DNA of 64,000 bases from Bacteroidota bacterium (GTDB lineage Bacteria; Bacteroidota; Ignavibacteria; Kapaibacteriales; Kapaibacteriaceae). Position 1 is the stretch's first letter, and every line of letters starts with the position of its first letter. This document shows positions 1 through 9,739 of the stretch, piece by piece. The position numbers and the translations under genes were made by a program. The notes below the pieces were generated by a model that saw only the letters and a program-made list of their open reading frames with translations, was not told where the DNA came from and ran no database searches. The stretch spans positions 7,975 to 71,974 of the forward strand of contig JBEAYU010000045.1 in the NCBI GenBank assembly GCA_041170435.1, read 5' to 3'.

Positions 1-1
1 T

Positions 2-2578
2 CCGAAGGGACGTGTTGAACATCCCATCGTACGATTCTTGCGACAGTTCCATGCGCCCCTTGTCTATATCCTGATCGCCAGTGGCGTAGTGACGGCGATC
101 ATTGGAGGCATCACCGATACCTCCGTGATCTTTGGCGTGGTGCTGCTCAACGCAATCATCGGATTCGTGCAGGAGGGCAAGGCCATCTCGTCGTTGGCGC
201 GTCTGGCCAACTCTGTGGTAGGAACTGCCACGGTCGTGCGAGGGGGCGTGCGCATGCGCCTGCCGATGGAGGAGCTCGTACCGGGCGACCTCATCGTGCT
301 GGAAAGTGGCGATCGAGTGCCGGCGGATCTGCGCCTGGTGTGGGTGAAGGACCTGGCCATTGCCGAGTCAGCCCTGACCGGTGAAAGCGTCCCATCAGAG
401 AAGCAGTCGTCACCCGTTGATGCGGCGAGCGTACTTGCCGACCGTGCTTCGATGGCCTATGCCTCAACAGTGGTTACACGCGGCGCGGGAATGGGGCTGG
501 TGGTGTCCACGGGAAAGTCCACAGAGGTCGGCACGATCTCAACCTTGCTCAACGAAGCCCCCTCACTACAGACGCCGCTGACGCAGCAGATCGCACGATT
601 CAGCAATGTGCTGTTGGTGGCGATCCTGCTGCTTGCCGCCGGCACCTTTGCCGTGGGGGTCATGCGTGGCGAACGTCCGGTGGACATGGTCATGGCTGCT
701 GTTGCCCTGTCCGTTGGGGCAATTCCCGAGGGACTTCCCGCTGCGGTCACCATCATTCTGGCCATCGGCGTCAACCGCATGGCGCGTCGCAGAGCCATCG
801 TACGAAGTCTTCCGGTTGTGGAGACGCTTGGTTCGACCACGGTGATCTGCAGTGACAAGACGGGCACGCTGACGGAGAATCAGATGACCGTGGTAGCCAT
901 CACCACGGCATCGGCAGAGTACATCGTGCAGGGGACGGGATACCGACCTGAGGGAGACATCCTACGTCGAAGCAGCGCTGATGCATCTTCTCCCGTGCAC
1001 GTGGGGCATGATGTTGCGCTGCATGAGACGCTGCGCGCCGGCGTGCTGTGTTCCACAGCATCGGTCCGCCAAGTTGATGGCTATTGGCAGGCCTTGGGAG
1101 ACCCCACCGAAGCAGCCCTCGTGGTTGCCGGGATGAAGGCAGGGCTTCATCGTGACGTCGAGCAGGAGCTCATGCCGTTGGCCGACGTTGTGCCGTTCTC
1201 GAGCGATGCGCAGTACATGGCCACACTTCATCACACGCAACCATCGGGTTCGCGCATCTACATGAAGGGGGCTTTGGAGGCGCTGTTGCCTCGATGCACG
1301 AAGATGCTCACGCGGTCCGGATCCCATGAGCCCCTTGACATGCAGTCCATCACGGGTCACGTCGAAACCATGAGTGCCGAGGGCTTGCGCGTGCTGGCCT
1401 GTGCCATGAAGGACGTGGATGGACGCCTTGAGGAGATCACGTCCGACGTCCTGTCGGGTGACTTTGTACTGACGGGTATCGTGGGGATGGTCGATCCGCC
1501 TCGCCCCGAGGTACGCGCATCCATTGCCGAGTGTCATCGCGCCGGTGTGGGCGTGAAGATGATCACGGGAGATCATGCCATCACTGCCGTTGCCATTGCT
1601 CGTGATCTTGGCATCGTCGAAGTAAGTGGCCATCCCCGCGAATACGTCAAGACAGGACGTGATCTCGAACAGCTCAGTGACGAGCAGTTGGAAGATGCAG
1701 CCGAGCGCTACTCCGTCTTTGCGCGTGTGACGGCCGAGCAGAAGCTGCGTCTTGTACATGCACTTCAGCGAAGGGGGCATGTGGTTGCCATGACGGGTGA
1801 CGGAGTCAATGACGCTCCGGCACTTCGCACTGCAAACGTGGGCATTGCCATGGGGGGCACGGGCACGGACGTTGCCAAGGATGCGTCGGACATCGTGCTG
1901 ACGGATGACAACTTCACCACCATCGTTGCGGCGGTTGAGGAAGGTCGGACGGTGTTCGAAAACCTCATGAAGTTTATCGTGTGGACCATTCCAACCAATG
2001 CTGCCGAGGGCTTGGTGATCCTTGTGGCGGTGGCCCTGGGCGTTGCTTTGCCGATCCTTCCCATCCACATCTTGTGGATCAATATGACCACGGCGGTGAT
2101 CCTTGGGTTGCCACTGGCCTTTGAGCCAACGCCCCATGATGTGATGGAGCGACGTCCACGTCGCATGAGTGATCCGTTGTTTTCGCGGGACATTCTCATG
2201 CGGACCGGACTTGTCGTGCTGCTGATGCTTTCGTCCGGCTTCGGCATCTACTTCTGGGAGCTCAGTTCGGGAAGCACCCTTGTCGAAGCCCAGACCGCAG
2301 CCGCTGCCGTCTTCGTGGTCATTCAGACGTTCTACCTTTTCAACTGCCGCACGCTTGTGGGCCCGGCCAGACATCCGATCACGTCCAACATGACCGTGAT
2401 CTACGGTGCGGCTCTCATGGCCGTGCTTCAGCTGGCCTTCACATACGTGCCGTTCTTCAACGATGTGTTCCGCACCGCCCCCTTACCGCTCACCTCATGG
2501 ATGTACATCCTTGCCTGCGGCCTGGCCTCGTATGTGATCGTTTCGATCGAGAAGACGGTGAGGTGGCGATATAGCTAA
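2..2578 (+). CDS. P-type cation-transporting ATPase (type II, Ca2+/Mg2+-like); 5' end lies outside the window
   Basis: The frame is open from the window edge; the listed M at 38 is an internal TTG within PKGRVEHPIVRFLRQFHAPL. Motifs present: TGES, phosphorylation site CSDKTGTLT, hinge MTGDGVNDAPAL. Multiple TM helices. Confidence 0.9.
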   Translation, partial: PKGRVEHPIVRFLRQFHAPLVYILIASGVVTAIIGGITDTSVIFGVVLLNAIIGFVQEGKAISSLARLANSVVGTATVVRGGVRMRLPMEELVPGDLIVLESGDRVPADLRLVWVKDLAIAESALTGESVPSEKQSSPVDAASVLADRASMAYASTVVTRGAGMGLVVSTGKSTEVGTISTLLNEAPSLQTPLTQQIARFSNVLLVAILLLAAGTFAVGVMRGERPVDMVMAAVALSVGAIPEGLPAAVTIILAIGVNRMARRRAIVRSLPVVETLGSTTVICSDKTGTLTENQMTVVAITTASAEYIVQGTGYRPEGDILRRSSADASSPVHVGHDVALHETLRAGVLCSTASVRQVDGYWQALGDPTEAALVVAGMKAGLHRDVEQELMPLADVVPFSSDAQYMATLHHTQPSGSRIYMKGALEALLPRCTKMLTRSGSHEPLDMQSITGHVETMSAEGLRVLACAMKDVDGRLEEITSDVLSGDFVLTGIVGMVDPPRPEVRASIAECHRAGVGVKMITGDHAITAVAIARDLGIVEVSGHPREYVKTGRDLEQLSDEQLEDAAERYSVFARVTAEQKLRLVHALQRRGHVVAMTGDGVNDAPALRTANVGIAMGGTGTDVAKDASDIVLTDDNFTTIVAAVEEGRTVFENLMKFIVWTIPTNAAEGLVILVAVALGVALPILPIHILWINMTTAVILGLPLAFEPTPHDVMERRPRRMSDPLFSRDILMRTGLVVLLMLSSGFGIYFWELSSGSTLVEAQTAAAAVFVVIQTFYLFNCRTLVGPARHPITSNMTVIYGAALMAVLQLAFTYVPFFNDVFRTAPLPLTSWMYILACGLASYVIVSIEKTVRWRYS

Positions 2579-2638
2579 GAAGCCCTGACATATAGCTAAC
2601 TTGCATAACGTCACGTTTTTCTGTTCAGGAGCACGAAG

Positions 2639-2911
2639 ATGATAGTGATCAATATGCACGAAGCAAAGACCACATTGTCGCAGCTTGTTGAGATGGCCTT
2701 GCACGGGGAAACAGTCATCATTGCGCGACGCGGCGTGCCCGCGGTTCGCTTGGAGCCAGTATCTGATAGCGATTCACAGCGCCCTATCGGGCTTGGTGCT
2801 TCCATATCAGCAGCTGGCGATACCGGTCACGAACTACTGTCGGCCACGAATCCTGATGTGTATCAGGAAAGCACGACCGATCCACTTGACCGGCCTCGCC
2901 GCAAGGCATGA
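2639..2911 (+). CDS. Type II antitoxin, Phd/YefM-like
   Basis: N-terminus MIVINMHEAKTTLSQLVEMALHGETVIIARRGVPAVRLEPV is typical of prevent-host-death antitoxins. AGGAG lies 7-8 nt upstream. 4-nt ATGA overlap with the downstream PIN gene. Confidence 0.75.
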   Translation: MIVINMHEAKTTLSQLVEMALHGETVIIARRGVPAVRLEPVSDSDSQRPIGLGASISAAGDTGHELLSATNPDVYQESTTDPLDRPRRKA

Positions 2912-3303
2912 GTATGCGCATTCTGCTCGACACGCATGCTCTACTCTGGTACGATGCCGAACCGGACAGGCTCAGTGCGATCAGTCGCGAGATAATCCAA
3001 CAGAGAGACACGATCGTCCTCTGTTCCGCGGCATCGATCTATGAGCTATGGCAGAAGGCCATGAAACCGAAATCGCCAATCCGACCTGAACATGTCGAGT
3101 CAGTGCTTCGGCATATTCCCGTGTATGGCTTTACACTCCTTCCGATCGAAGTCAACCATGCAGCAGATGCGGCAGTTCTCAAATGGTCAAATCGTGACCC
3201 CTTTGATCGAATCATCGCAGCCCAAGCGATCGCCGAGAATTGTGCCATCATCACGTGCGATTCGGCATTCAAGAGCCTGAAGCAGGTGGAGATACTCTGG
3301 TGA
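2908..3303 (+). CDS. vapC: Type II toxin, VapC family (PIN domain)
   Basis: ILLDTHALLWY N-terminal acidic PIN signature, about 130 aa, overlaps the antitoxin stop. Its TGA stop lies inside the first heptamer of the downstream repeat array. Confidence 0.8.
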   Translation: MSMRILLDTHALLWYDAEPDRLSAISREIIQQRDTIVLCSAASIYELWQKAMKPKSPIRPEHVESVLRHIPVYGFTLLPIEVNHAADAAVLKWSNRDPFDRIIAAQAIAENCAIITCDSAFKSLKQVEILW

Positions 3304-3339
3304 CAGGTTACAGGTGACGGGTTACAGGTGACGGGTTAC
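3298..3339. repeat. Six tandem heptamers GGTKACR (alternating GGTTACA / GGTGACG)
   Basis: Direct reading: ggtgaca ggttaca ggtgacg ggttaca ggtgacg ggttaca. The vapC TGA stop (3301-3303) is embedded in unit 1. Confidence 0.95.
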
Positions 3340-3351
3340 AGGCGTGCAATC

Positions 3352-3776
3352 GTCATTCCCGCGAAAGCGGGAATCCATACATTATAGTAGGGGCGAGACG
3401 CAGTCTCGGCCGATGGTTTGCGCACAACGCCTGACGCGTCATGCTGCATAATTGCCCAGGGCTTTAGCCCTGGGAAAATAGGGGAGCCCCCTTCTACTAA
3501 TCATTTTCAAATCAATTCGATTCTATCTCTTATCCCAGGGCTTCAGCCATGGGAAAATAGAGCAAGAATGATTTGTTTGTGCTGGAATTGAAAGGGGGCT
3601 TGCCCCTCTTTCCCATGGCTGAAGCCATGGGAAGTTATGCGTTAAGATGGATCCCGGCCTGCGCCGGGATGACGGGGGTGCGCGATGAAGATGGATCCCG
3701 GCCTGCGCCGGGATGATGGTGATGGGTGCGGCCGAGAACAATGATGAATGCGGGCGAGACTGCGTCTCGCCCCTAC
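3352..3776. repeat. Repeat cluster A: at least 8 REP-like hairpin elements of several related families
   Basis: Hairpins read directly:
- 3352-3378: gtcattCCCGCGaaagCGCGGGaat-type (attcccgc gaaa gcgggaat)
- 3387-3411 and 3752-3776: GTAG-ggggcgagac...gtctcgcccc-CTAC
- 3455-3474, 3534-3553 and 3612-3631: cccaKggc-loop-gccMtggg
- 3647-3673 and 3691-3717: atggatCCCGGCctgcGCCGGGatga
No credible ORF. Confidence 0.9.
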
Positions 3777-4159
3777 TCCGACTCCGCCGTTGTTTCGTTC
3801 GCTTCATCCTCTGCGAATACGGAATCCAGATCGAAGCCCAGATTGCTCATCATACCTGGATGATGAAGTGGGTTGCGGCATCTTGATCGGTGAACGAGCC
3901 CGTGGAATCGGCTCCCATCATCGGCCTTGATGGCTGTGACGTATTCACAGCCTTCGACGATGAGGATCTTCTCGAAATCGGCTTCTACTCGAAGTTGGCC
4001 TAACTCCTGGGTAGTCCCGTTGTTCTTCTCGTCGGTAGCGTCCGACTTATCCAAAATGCTGATCAAAAGGATAACAATGAGGAATGCTGTGGCTCCAAGA
4101 AAGGAACCAGCAAAGCTCCAGAGTATAATTCTATTGCGTGCACGAAAGCGTCCGGTCAT
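3773..4159 (-). CDS. Hypothetical small membrane-anchored protein
   Basis: 128-aa ORF with one N-terminal TM helix (ILWSFAGSFLGATAFLIVILLISIL). No recognisable domain. Its 3' end abuts the GTAG hairpin at 3752-3776. Confidence 0.35.
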   Translation of the reverse strand: MTGRFRARNRIILWSFAGSFLGATAFLIVILLISILDKSDATDEKNNGTTQELGQLRVEADFEKILIVEGCEYVTAIKADDGSRFHGLVHRSRCRNPLHHPGMMSNLGFDLDSVFAEDEANETTAESE

Positions 4160-4239
4160 CGTGTTTCTGTTTGGTTTTGGGTGACAAGGTACGTTGATGC
4201 TTAAGTCATTACGTTGCGGATATCGAGGAGATTCAACGC

Positions 4240-4875
4240 CTATGATTTATGGCCTCGGTAGATCTTCTCGGCGTCGATGCGCTTGTGCACATTGAGCTTT
4301 GAGTAAATTCCTCGAACGTGCGAACGAACGGTGTCTAGACTCATAAACAGAATGTCAGCGATCTCTTTGTATTGTTTGCGGTCAGCCAAGAGTGCTAGGA
4401 CGTCGCGCTCTCGATCTGTCAATGTATCAAGGGATGTCGGACGTGGCAGGCTGGCCATGTAGTCCATAATGATCCGAGCGACGTTGCTTGTAAGTGGAGC
4501 GCCCCCTGAGTGAATCTCCTCAATTGCCTTTAGCAAACGCACTCTTGGCGTTGTTTTCAAGAGGTACCCACGTGCGCCTGCCAATATTGCTGACCGGATA
4601 TGATCATCGTCATCAAAATTGGTGAGCATGAGGATCTGGCCGGGTAGGTCTAACTCGCGAAGTCGCTCAATAGCTGTAATGCCCGATATTCCTGGAAGGC
4701 CTATATCGATGAGGAAGACATTGATAGCGTTAAGGTTGGGGCTGGCGAGAAGCTCTTCGCCGGTCTCAAAAACATCGAGGCACGAGAATCGTACGTCGGA
4801 GTTAAGCCGCTTGGATAGTCCCACTCTCAGAACAGGATCATCCTCGACGATTGCCAAACGAATAGTGTTAGACAT
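4240..4875 (-). CDS. Response regulator, NarL/FixJ (LuxR-type HTH) family
   Basis: REC domain (LAIVEDDP...FLIDIGLPGISG) plus C-terminal LuxR HTH (LTDRERDVLALLADRKQYKEIADILFMSLDTVRSHVRGIYSKL). Directly downstream of the kinase. Confidence 0.9.
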   Translation of the reverse strand: MSNTIRLAIVEDDPVLRVGLSKRLNSDVRFSCLDVFETGEELLASPNLNAINVFLIDIGLPGISGITAIERLRELDLPGQILMLTNFDDDDHIRSAILAGARGYLLKTTPRVRLLKAIEEIHSGGAPLTSNVARIIMDYMASLPRPTSLDTLTDRERDVLALLADRKQYKEIADILFMSLDTVRSHVRGIYSKLNVHKRIDAEKIYRGHKS

Positions 4876-4931
4876 ATGCGGTCTCGAATTGAATCAAATG
4901 GTATGCAATGAATGTTGCGTGGTTCTTCTGC

Positions 4932-7679
4932 TTACGATTTCGACTGGTTGCCCAACGGTACTACGAGAACAATTCTTGTACCTCTGTTTGATGATGATAG
5001 CTCTACGTGGCCACCGATCTCCATCATCCGTTCACGAATATTCAGCAGTCCAGATCCGCGGTGGGAGCGAGACGGATCGAAGCCAATGCCGTTATCGCGC
5101 AGCTCAACTCTAAGTGCATCATGAGTATCGCGGACGAACATTGATACTGAGCTCGCCTGACTGTGTCGGACAATGTTCGTTGCTATCTCTTTAGTGCTCA
5201 ACACGATGTTCCTCATTACTATGGCATCAATGAGATGTTCTTTCGATAGAAGCTCGTCATAGTTGAATGAGATGCCTTTATCAGCCATCAGATCGGCAAC
5301 CTTACCTTGTATATATCCGATCGTTGCCGCCAAGCGATCATCGTTGGACTTCATCACCCAGACAATTGAGCGAACAGAGTCAATGACCTGCTGTGCTGTG
5401 TCAGCAATAGAACGAATGGACTCATTGTCTTGATCTGCGGCAGCGTTCTCTGCCATGATCACGATCTTGGCTAGCCCCGTGCCGACATCGTCATGAAGAT
5501 CGCGGGCTATGCGAACGCGCTCCTCATGCACGTGATGCTCTGCTTCGTGTCTACGTTTATCGCGTTCGGTAGTTACTCTCGTGGCGACGAACCAAATTCC
5601 GGTTGCACTTGAGAGCAAGGTGGCCAGATAAAACCACCATGACTGCCAAAATCGTTTGGGTATTGTGAAGGTCGCTATAGCGGCATTACCGTATGAGCCA
5701 CCAACATATGAGGCCTGAACGATCAGGGTGTACGTTCCCGGTGCAAGTGTCGATAACACAATCTCTGGCGAGGTGGTCTCATATCGGACGGTGTCTGAAC
5801 CAATGAGCGTGCAGCGGTAGGTGACTGATAGCGCGCTTGAAAGGGCAATTGCGCGGGCAGTGTAACGTACTCCATCAGAGTTACTTGACGACGAATCAAG
5901 AACTACCGCTGGTGGAGGAGGATTGACAATGTCCCGCGATCTAAAGATGTTCATACCGTTGATCCCGCCGAAAGCAAATGACTGTGGACCGATTCGGTGG
6001 TGAGACCAGCTGTTGAATTCGAGACTTTGTGCCCCTTGAGATTGGGTGATTTGACGTCGCACTATATTGGAAGAAAGATCCCAGAGGATTATGCCTGCAT
6101 TGGTCGGAATAACAAGTTCTGAATCACCGACCTTATATGCCGCATAGGTGGTATTGTTCGGTAGGCCAGATCGAGAGTCGACAACACGCTCTCGCCCTGT
6201 TTGCAAGTCGATACAACGAACACCACCACCCCACGTCGAAACGTAGGCCCTGCCTTTATGCACTTCGATCGACCGAATGATGTCGATATTGGGTTTCTGG
6301 CATTGGGCATCTGGACACACGATCTTTGTCAGTGATCCACCGAGTTGTCCGCGGTACAAACCAAACTCCGTGCCGACTAGATAGTCGCCATCTTCGATTC
6401 TTGTAATCGCGCTAACAGAAATGCGTTTGTCGTTTGGAATGGGGCTCGCCGGTACAGGGAACCACTCGCTATTGAGGGAACGCAGGTTTACGCGAGCAAT
6501 ACCATCGTCAGTTCCAACCAGCACGTGGTCCTTTCCATCAGGGGCTATGCATGAAACAGCTTTACGAAGGGGGTGGCGCACTCTGTCATAGGTAAGCCAT
6601 TGTATAGACGATGACCCTTTACGCATGAAACCCAAACCGTTCTGTTCGGACCCAATCCATAGTCGACCATTACCATCGACATGCAGAGCCCGTGCTGCTC
6701 CTATGCGGACATAATCATTCGCCCACGATGCTACCATTCGACTGGTGCGAAGAACGGTATCTGTTTGGAGTATACCGGTTCGCAACCCGATATAAAGATT
6801 GCCAGCCCCATCCGAACAAAGCCCTCGAATGAAATTGTCTTGGATACGCTCAATACGACGCGTCGGCTGAAGAATGGGAAGGAGGTGGCAGTAGGGGTCA
6901 TAATGGCAAAGCCCGCCACCGTGCGTCCCTATCCACATTGTGCCGATGTTGTCTTCGTAGAGAAATCGGATGATGTTGCTACTGATAGACGCGGGGTCCA
7001 TGGGGTCGTGGTTGAGGCGCTGGGTTACGTGCATTGAATCGATGATGACAACACCTCCGCCATTCAGTCCGACCCACATACGTCCATGTGCATCCTCACA
7101 TAATGCCCAGACATCGTTGCATGGCAAACGTCGTGTGCTCTGCTCCCTCGTTGAATAGCGATATGTAGTGCGGGCGTGTGGGTCGGTAACAGATAAGCCA
7201 CTCGATACCGATGCTGTCCAGAGTCTTCCACTCCGATCTACGTACGCTACGTTCACATTGCCATTGTGGATCTGTTGTAAACTCGGCGAATTCAGTCGCC
7301 TAGGAGCAAAGACTGTCGTACGTCGCCACGTGTTGGTTAGCGCATCAAAGCGACATAGGCCATTCGGAGTACGCGCATAGACGAGGGAGTCAGCTCCGAG
7401 AAACAAATCGGAGACATTGCTGCCTGCTATCGATGTCGAGTCACCAGGACGGTGACGATAGACGACCATGTTACGCCCATCAAATCGTCCGAGTCCATCC
7501 TGCGTGCCGACCCAGATATAACCTCTGGCATCTTGCGCTATCTGATTCACGTATGACTGCGGCAGGCCTTCGCTAGAGCCAATTCGACGAAAACGATACT
7601 CCTGCCCACTGGAAAAGGCCGGTGCACACATTGCAAGTATAATCGCAACAACAGGAATCATCGCTAGAGTTATTGACAT
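4932..7679 (-). CDS. Sensor histidine kinase with periplasmic two-component-regulator propeller repeats and Y_Y_Y-like domain
   Basis: Signal peptide, repeated beta-propeller blades (GxxWVGT/WIGT motifs), one TM. HisKA_3 H-box ERVRIARDLHDDVG. HATPase_c (DNGIGFD...GSGLLNIRERM). Confidence 0.9.
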   Translation of the reverse strand: MSITLAMIPVVAIILAMCAPAFSSGQEYRFRRIGSSEGLPQSYVNQIAQDARGYIWVGTQDGLGRFDGRNMVVYRHRPGDSTSIAGSNVSDLFLGADSLVYARTPNGLCRFDALTNTWRRTTVFAPRRLNSPSLQQIHNGNVNVAYVDRSGRLWTASVSSGLSVTDPHARTTYRYSTREQSTRRLPCNDVWALCEDAHGRMWVGLNGGGVVIIDSMHVTQRLNHDPMDPASISSNIIRFLYEDNIGTMWIGTHGGGLCHYDPYCHLLPILQPTRRIERIQDNFIRGLCSDGAGNLYIGLRTGILQTDTVLRTSRMVASWANDYVRIGAARALHVDGNGRLWIGSEQNGLGFMRKGSSSIQWLTYDRVRHPLRKAVSCIAPDGKDHVLVGTDDGIARVNLRSLNSEWFPVPASPIPNDKRISVSAITRIEDGDYLVGTEFGLYRGQLGGSLTKIVCPDAQCQKPNIDIIRSIEVHKGRAYVSTWGGGVRCIDLQTGRERVVDSRSGLPNNTTYAAYKVGDSELVIPTNAGIILWDLSSNIVRRQITQSQGAQSLEFNSWSHHRIGPQSFAFGGINGMNIFRSRDIVNPPPPAVVLDSSSSNSDGVRYTARAIALSSALSVTYRCTLIGSDTVRYETTSPEIVLSTLAPGTYTLIVQASYVGGSYGNAAIATFTIPKRFWQSWWFYLATLLSSATGIWFVATRVTTERDKRRHEAEHHVHEERVRIARDLHDDVGTGLAKIVIMAENAAADQDNESIRSIADTAQQVIDSVRSIVWVMKSNDDRLAATIGYIQGKVADLMADKGISFNYDELLSKEHLIDAIVMRNIVLSTKEIATNIVRHSQASSVSMFVRDTHDALRVELRDNGIGFDPSRSHRGSGLLNIRERMMEIGGHVELSSSNRGTRIVLVVPLGNQSKS

Positions 7680-7862
7680 GAAATCATGCTAGTACAGCCG
7701 CGCATTTGCGGTCGAACATCGTGATGGCAGATCAATGTGCAATCGTATTAGCATACATATCACATTTCTTACAAATGGGGTATCTGATAGCTTGCAATCC
7801 ACACAACAAGTAGGGTGTGAGAGTAATACGCTGACTAAAAACCAACACAAGGACGGAAACAT

Positions 7863-9656
7863 ATGAATCGTCGTGTACAGTTGTTGCAACTAGGTAGTAT
7901 CATCTTACTCGTTGTGTTCTTTTGTGTGACAGCAGTATCGCTATCAGCTCGCGAATCAGATGTCGCCTCGAGGTATTGCATCGTGATGCCAACTAAAGAA
8001 CAGCACGTCTTCTCTGGGCTGAAGCGTGTAGTTGTGCCATTTACGGTTGTTAACGACGACGACGAGTTTCTTCGAAACGTCAAGGTTCATGTTGAGCCAA
8101 CTATTGCTACAGCAACCGTACACGCCCTTGAATCACATAGCCCCCTTGAAGGCGAGAGTCTGCAAATCCGAAGATATGAGGTGTGGATAGAGGGCGCTAT
8201 TGCTTTGAGTGATACATCAACTGACTACAGGCTCGCGATCACAGGCGTCAACGGAACGACATCACCTTGCACTGATACTGATAACACGCATTTGGTGAGA
8301 GTGTATCCGGCAGAGCTGAAAAACCGGTCAGTCATAGAAGCGATACTGGCCCGTATGGTGTACATAGGACGTCCATTAAGGCTAAGGCCAGAGCCGAATG
8401 CGAGAATGATCATCCCGTGGAGTCAATTCGAAGGAACATTCATTCTGCATTCCAAAGACAGCATCAGCGTGCTAACACAGCAGGGTTTGACTCCCACAGT
8501 CCCCTGCATCTCCTCCAACATCGATAGTGTCAACTTCAAAACGGAATGGATCTATGCTCCTGATCATACATCCTATGTTGAGAAGTTGCTACTGTTTCAA
8601 CAAACGAGTTCCGAGGCTAGACAGCAATCTCCGGATGTTATATCAGCCAATACTTCGCACTTCTGGGATTCTCGACGACACCGACTCATACTGTCGGGAA
8701 TCATAGTTAATCCTCCACGAAGAGACTGTGGAATCACCGCAGATGAAAAGGACTTGCTTTTGGAAGTCCAGACAGATTGGTATAGTGGTAACGGCTTTCG
8801 TTTGTTGGCAACACTCGAAAGAGAAGGCGAGCTGACCTATAGAGTAGTGCTAAATGTTCTGCCGGATTCGGCAACTATGGCGCTAGCAAACAGAAAGCAC
8901 ATAAAGTATCGAGGTGCAGATGTTGCCGTTACCTTGACGTGCACGTACAATGGCGCCTCAGAAACTGAGCAGATAAGAGGAATAGTGCCTGAATTCGCCG
9001 TCGAGTCTATTGACAGAGACCGGGAGTCAGGGAGCTGGAGAGCGCGTCTGCAAAAACAATTCAATCTGCCTAATGGCGATATATCTGTGTACCGCATGTC
9101 TCAGCAGTCAAATGACAGCCTGAACGCGTTGCTTCATCCGAGGCCAACTCTAAAACCAGCAATAATCAATGCTGTGTCGAAACTGTTGGGATCCAATGTA
9201 GTCGGATCACCCGAGTACCAGGAGATCGGTTACATCCTTAGTCGTGGTGTTACGTCCATTCAAAAAGTGATTGACAAAATGGACGAGGAAGGTGTGTTTG
9301 ACGAAAGCGTCTTAAAGTCGAAAGAGTTCGCAGATTTTGTTGGTTACATGATTGATGATCATCTATATAAGTCGAGAGAGTGGGCGCGAGAGTCGTATAT
9401 CATCGTGAATCAGAAACGAAAGTCATCGGGCAAGAACGAAGAGTCTATCGTAGGACTGTTCAGTGCATATCAAACGACAACATTGCCTAATGCATTCTAC
9501 GTGTCAGACATCAAGCGCTGCATTATTAACGCCAGCACGTTGGATCTCCTCGACGGAACGAAGATTAACCCTAACACAAAAACGCTGAAGCAGTATCTCG
9601 CAAGACTGATTGAGAGTGGATCAGCTGTCGATGTGACCGCAGAGGCGAAGCAGTAG
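7863..9656 (+). CDS. Hypothetical exported protein (597 aa), no recognisable domain
   Basis: Long ORF with an N-terminal hydrophobic signal/anchor (LGSIILLVVFFCVTAVSLSA). Lower-GC codon usage. Divergent from the kinase across a 183-bp spacer. Confidence 0.7.
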   Translation: MNRRVQLLQLGSIILLVVFFCVTAVSLSARESDVASRYCIVMPTKEQHVFSGLKRVVVPFTVVNDDDEFLRNVKVHVEPTIATATVHALESHSPLEGESLQIRRYEVWIEGAIALSDTSTDYRLAITGVNGTTSPCTDTDNTHLVRVYPAELKNRSVIEAILARMVYIGRPLRLRPEPNARMIIPWSQFEGTFILHSKDSISVLTQQGLTPTVPCISSNIDSVNFKTEWIYAPDHTSYVEKLLLFQQTSSEARQQSPDVISANTSHFWDSRRHRLILSGIIVNPPRRDCGITADEKDLLLEVQTDWYSGNGFRLLATLEREGELTYRVVLNVLPDSATMALANRKHIKYRGADVAVTLTCTYNGASETEQIRGIVPEFAVESIDRDRESGSWRARLQKQFNLPNGDISVYRMSQQSNDSLNALLHPRPTLKPAIINAVSKLLGSNVVGSPEYQEIGYILSRGVTSIQKVIDKMDEEGVFDESVLKSKEFADFVGYMIDDHLYKSREWARESYIIVNQKRKSSGKNEESIVGLFSAYQTTTLPNAFYVSDIKRCIINASTLDLLDGTKINPNTKTLKQYLARLIESGSAVDVTAEAKQ

Positions 9657-9739
9657 GTTGAACACTCAGCATTTGCAAGAATGATTGCGTACTCCGGCAA
9701 AAAACACCCTCATTTCAATTGTATCAAAGGAGCTTCACT

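Noticed and set aside
3523-3807. ORFs translating the repeat clusters (also 11361-11756 and 16282-16554), giving peptides such as IPAKAGIH and PRKRGS
   Set aside because: They are composed of translated palindromic repeats and show no coding signal beyond the absence of stops. Such peptides are a known annotation artefact of REP-like elements.
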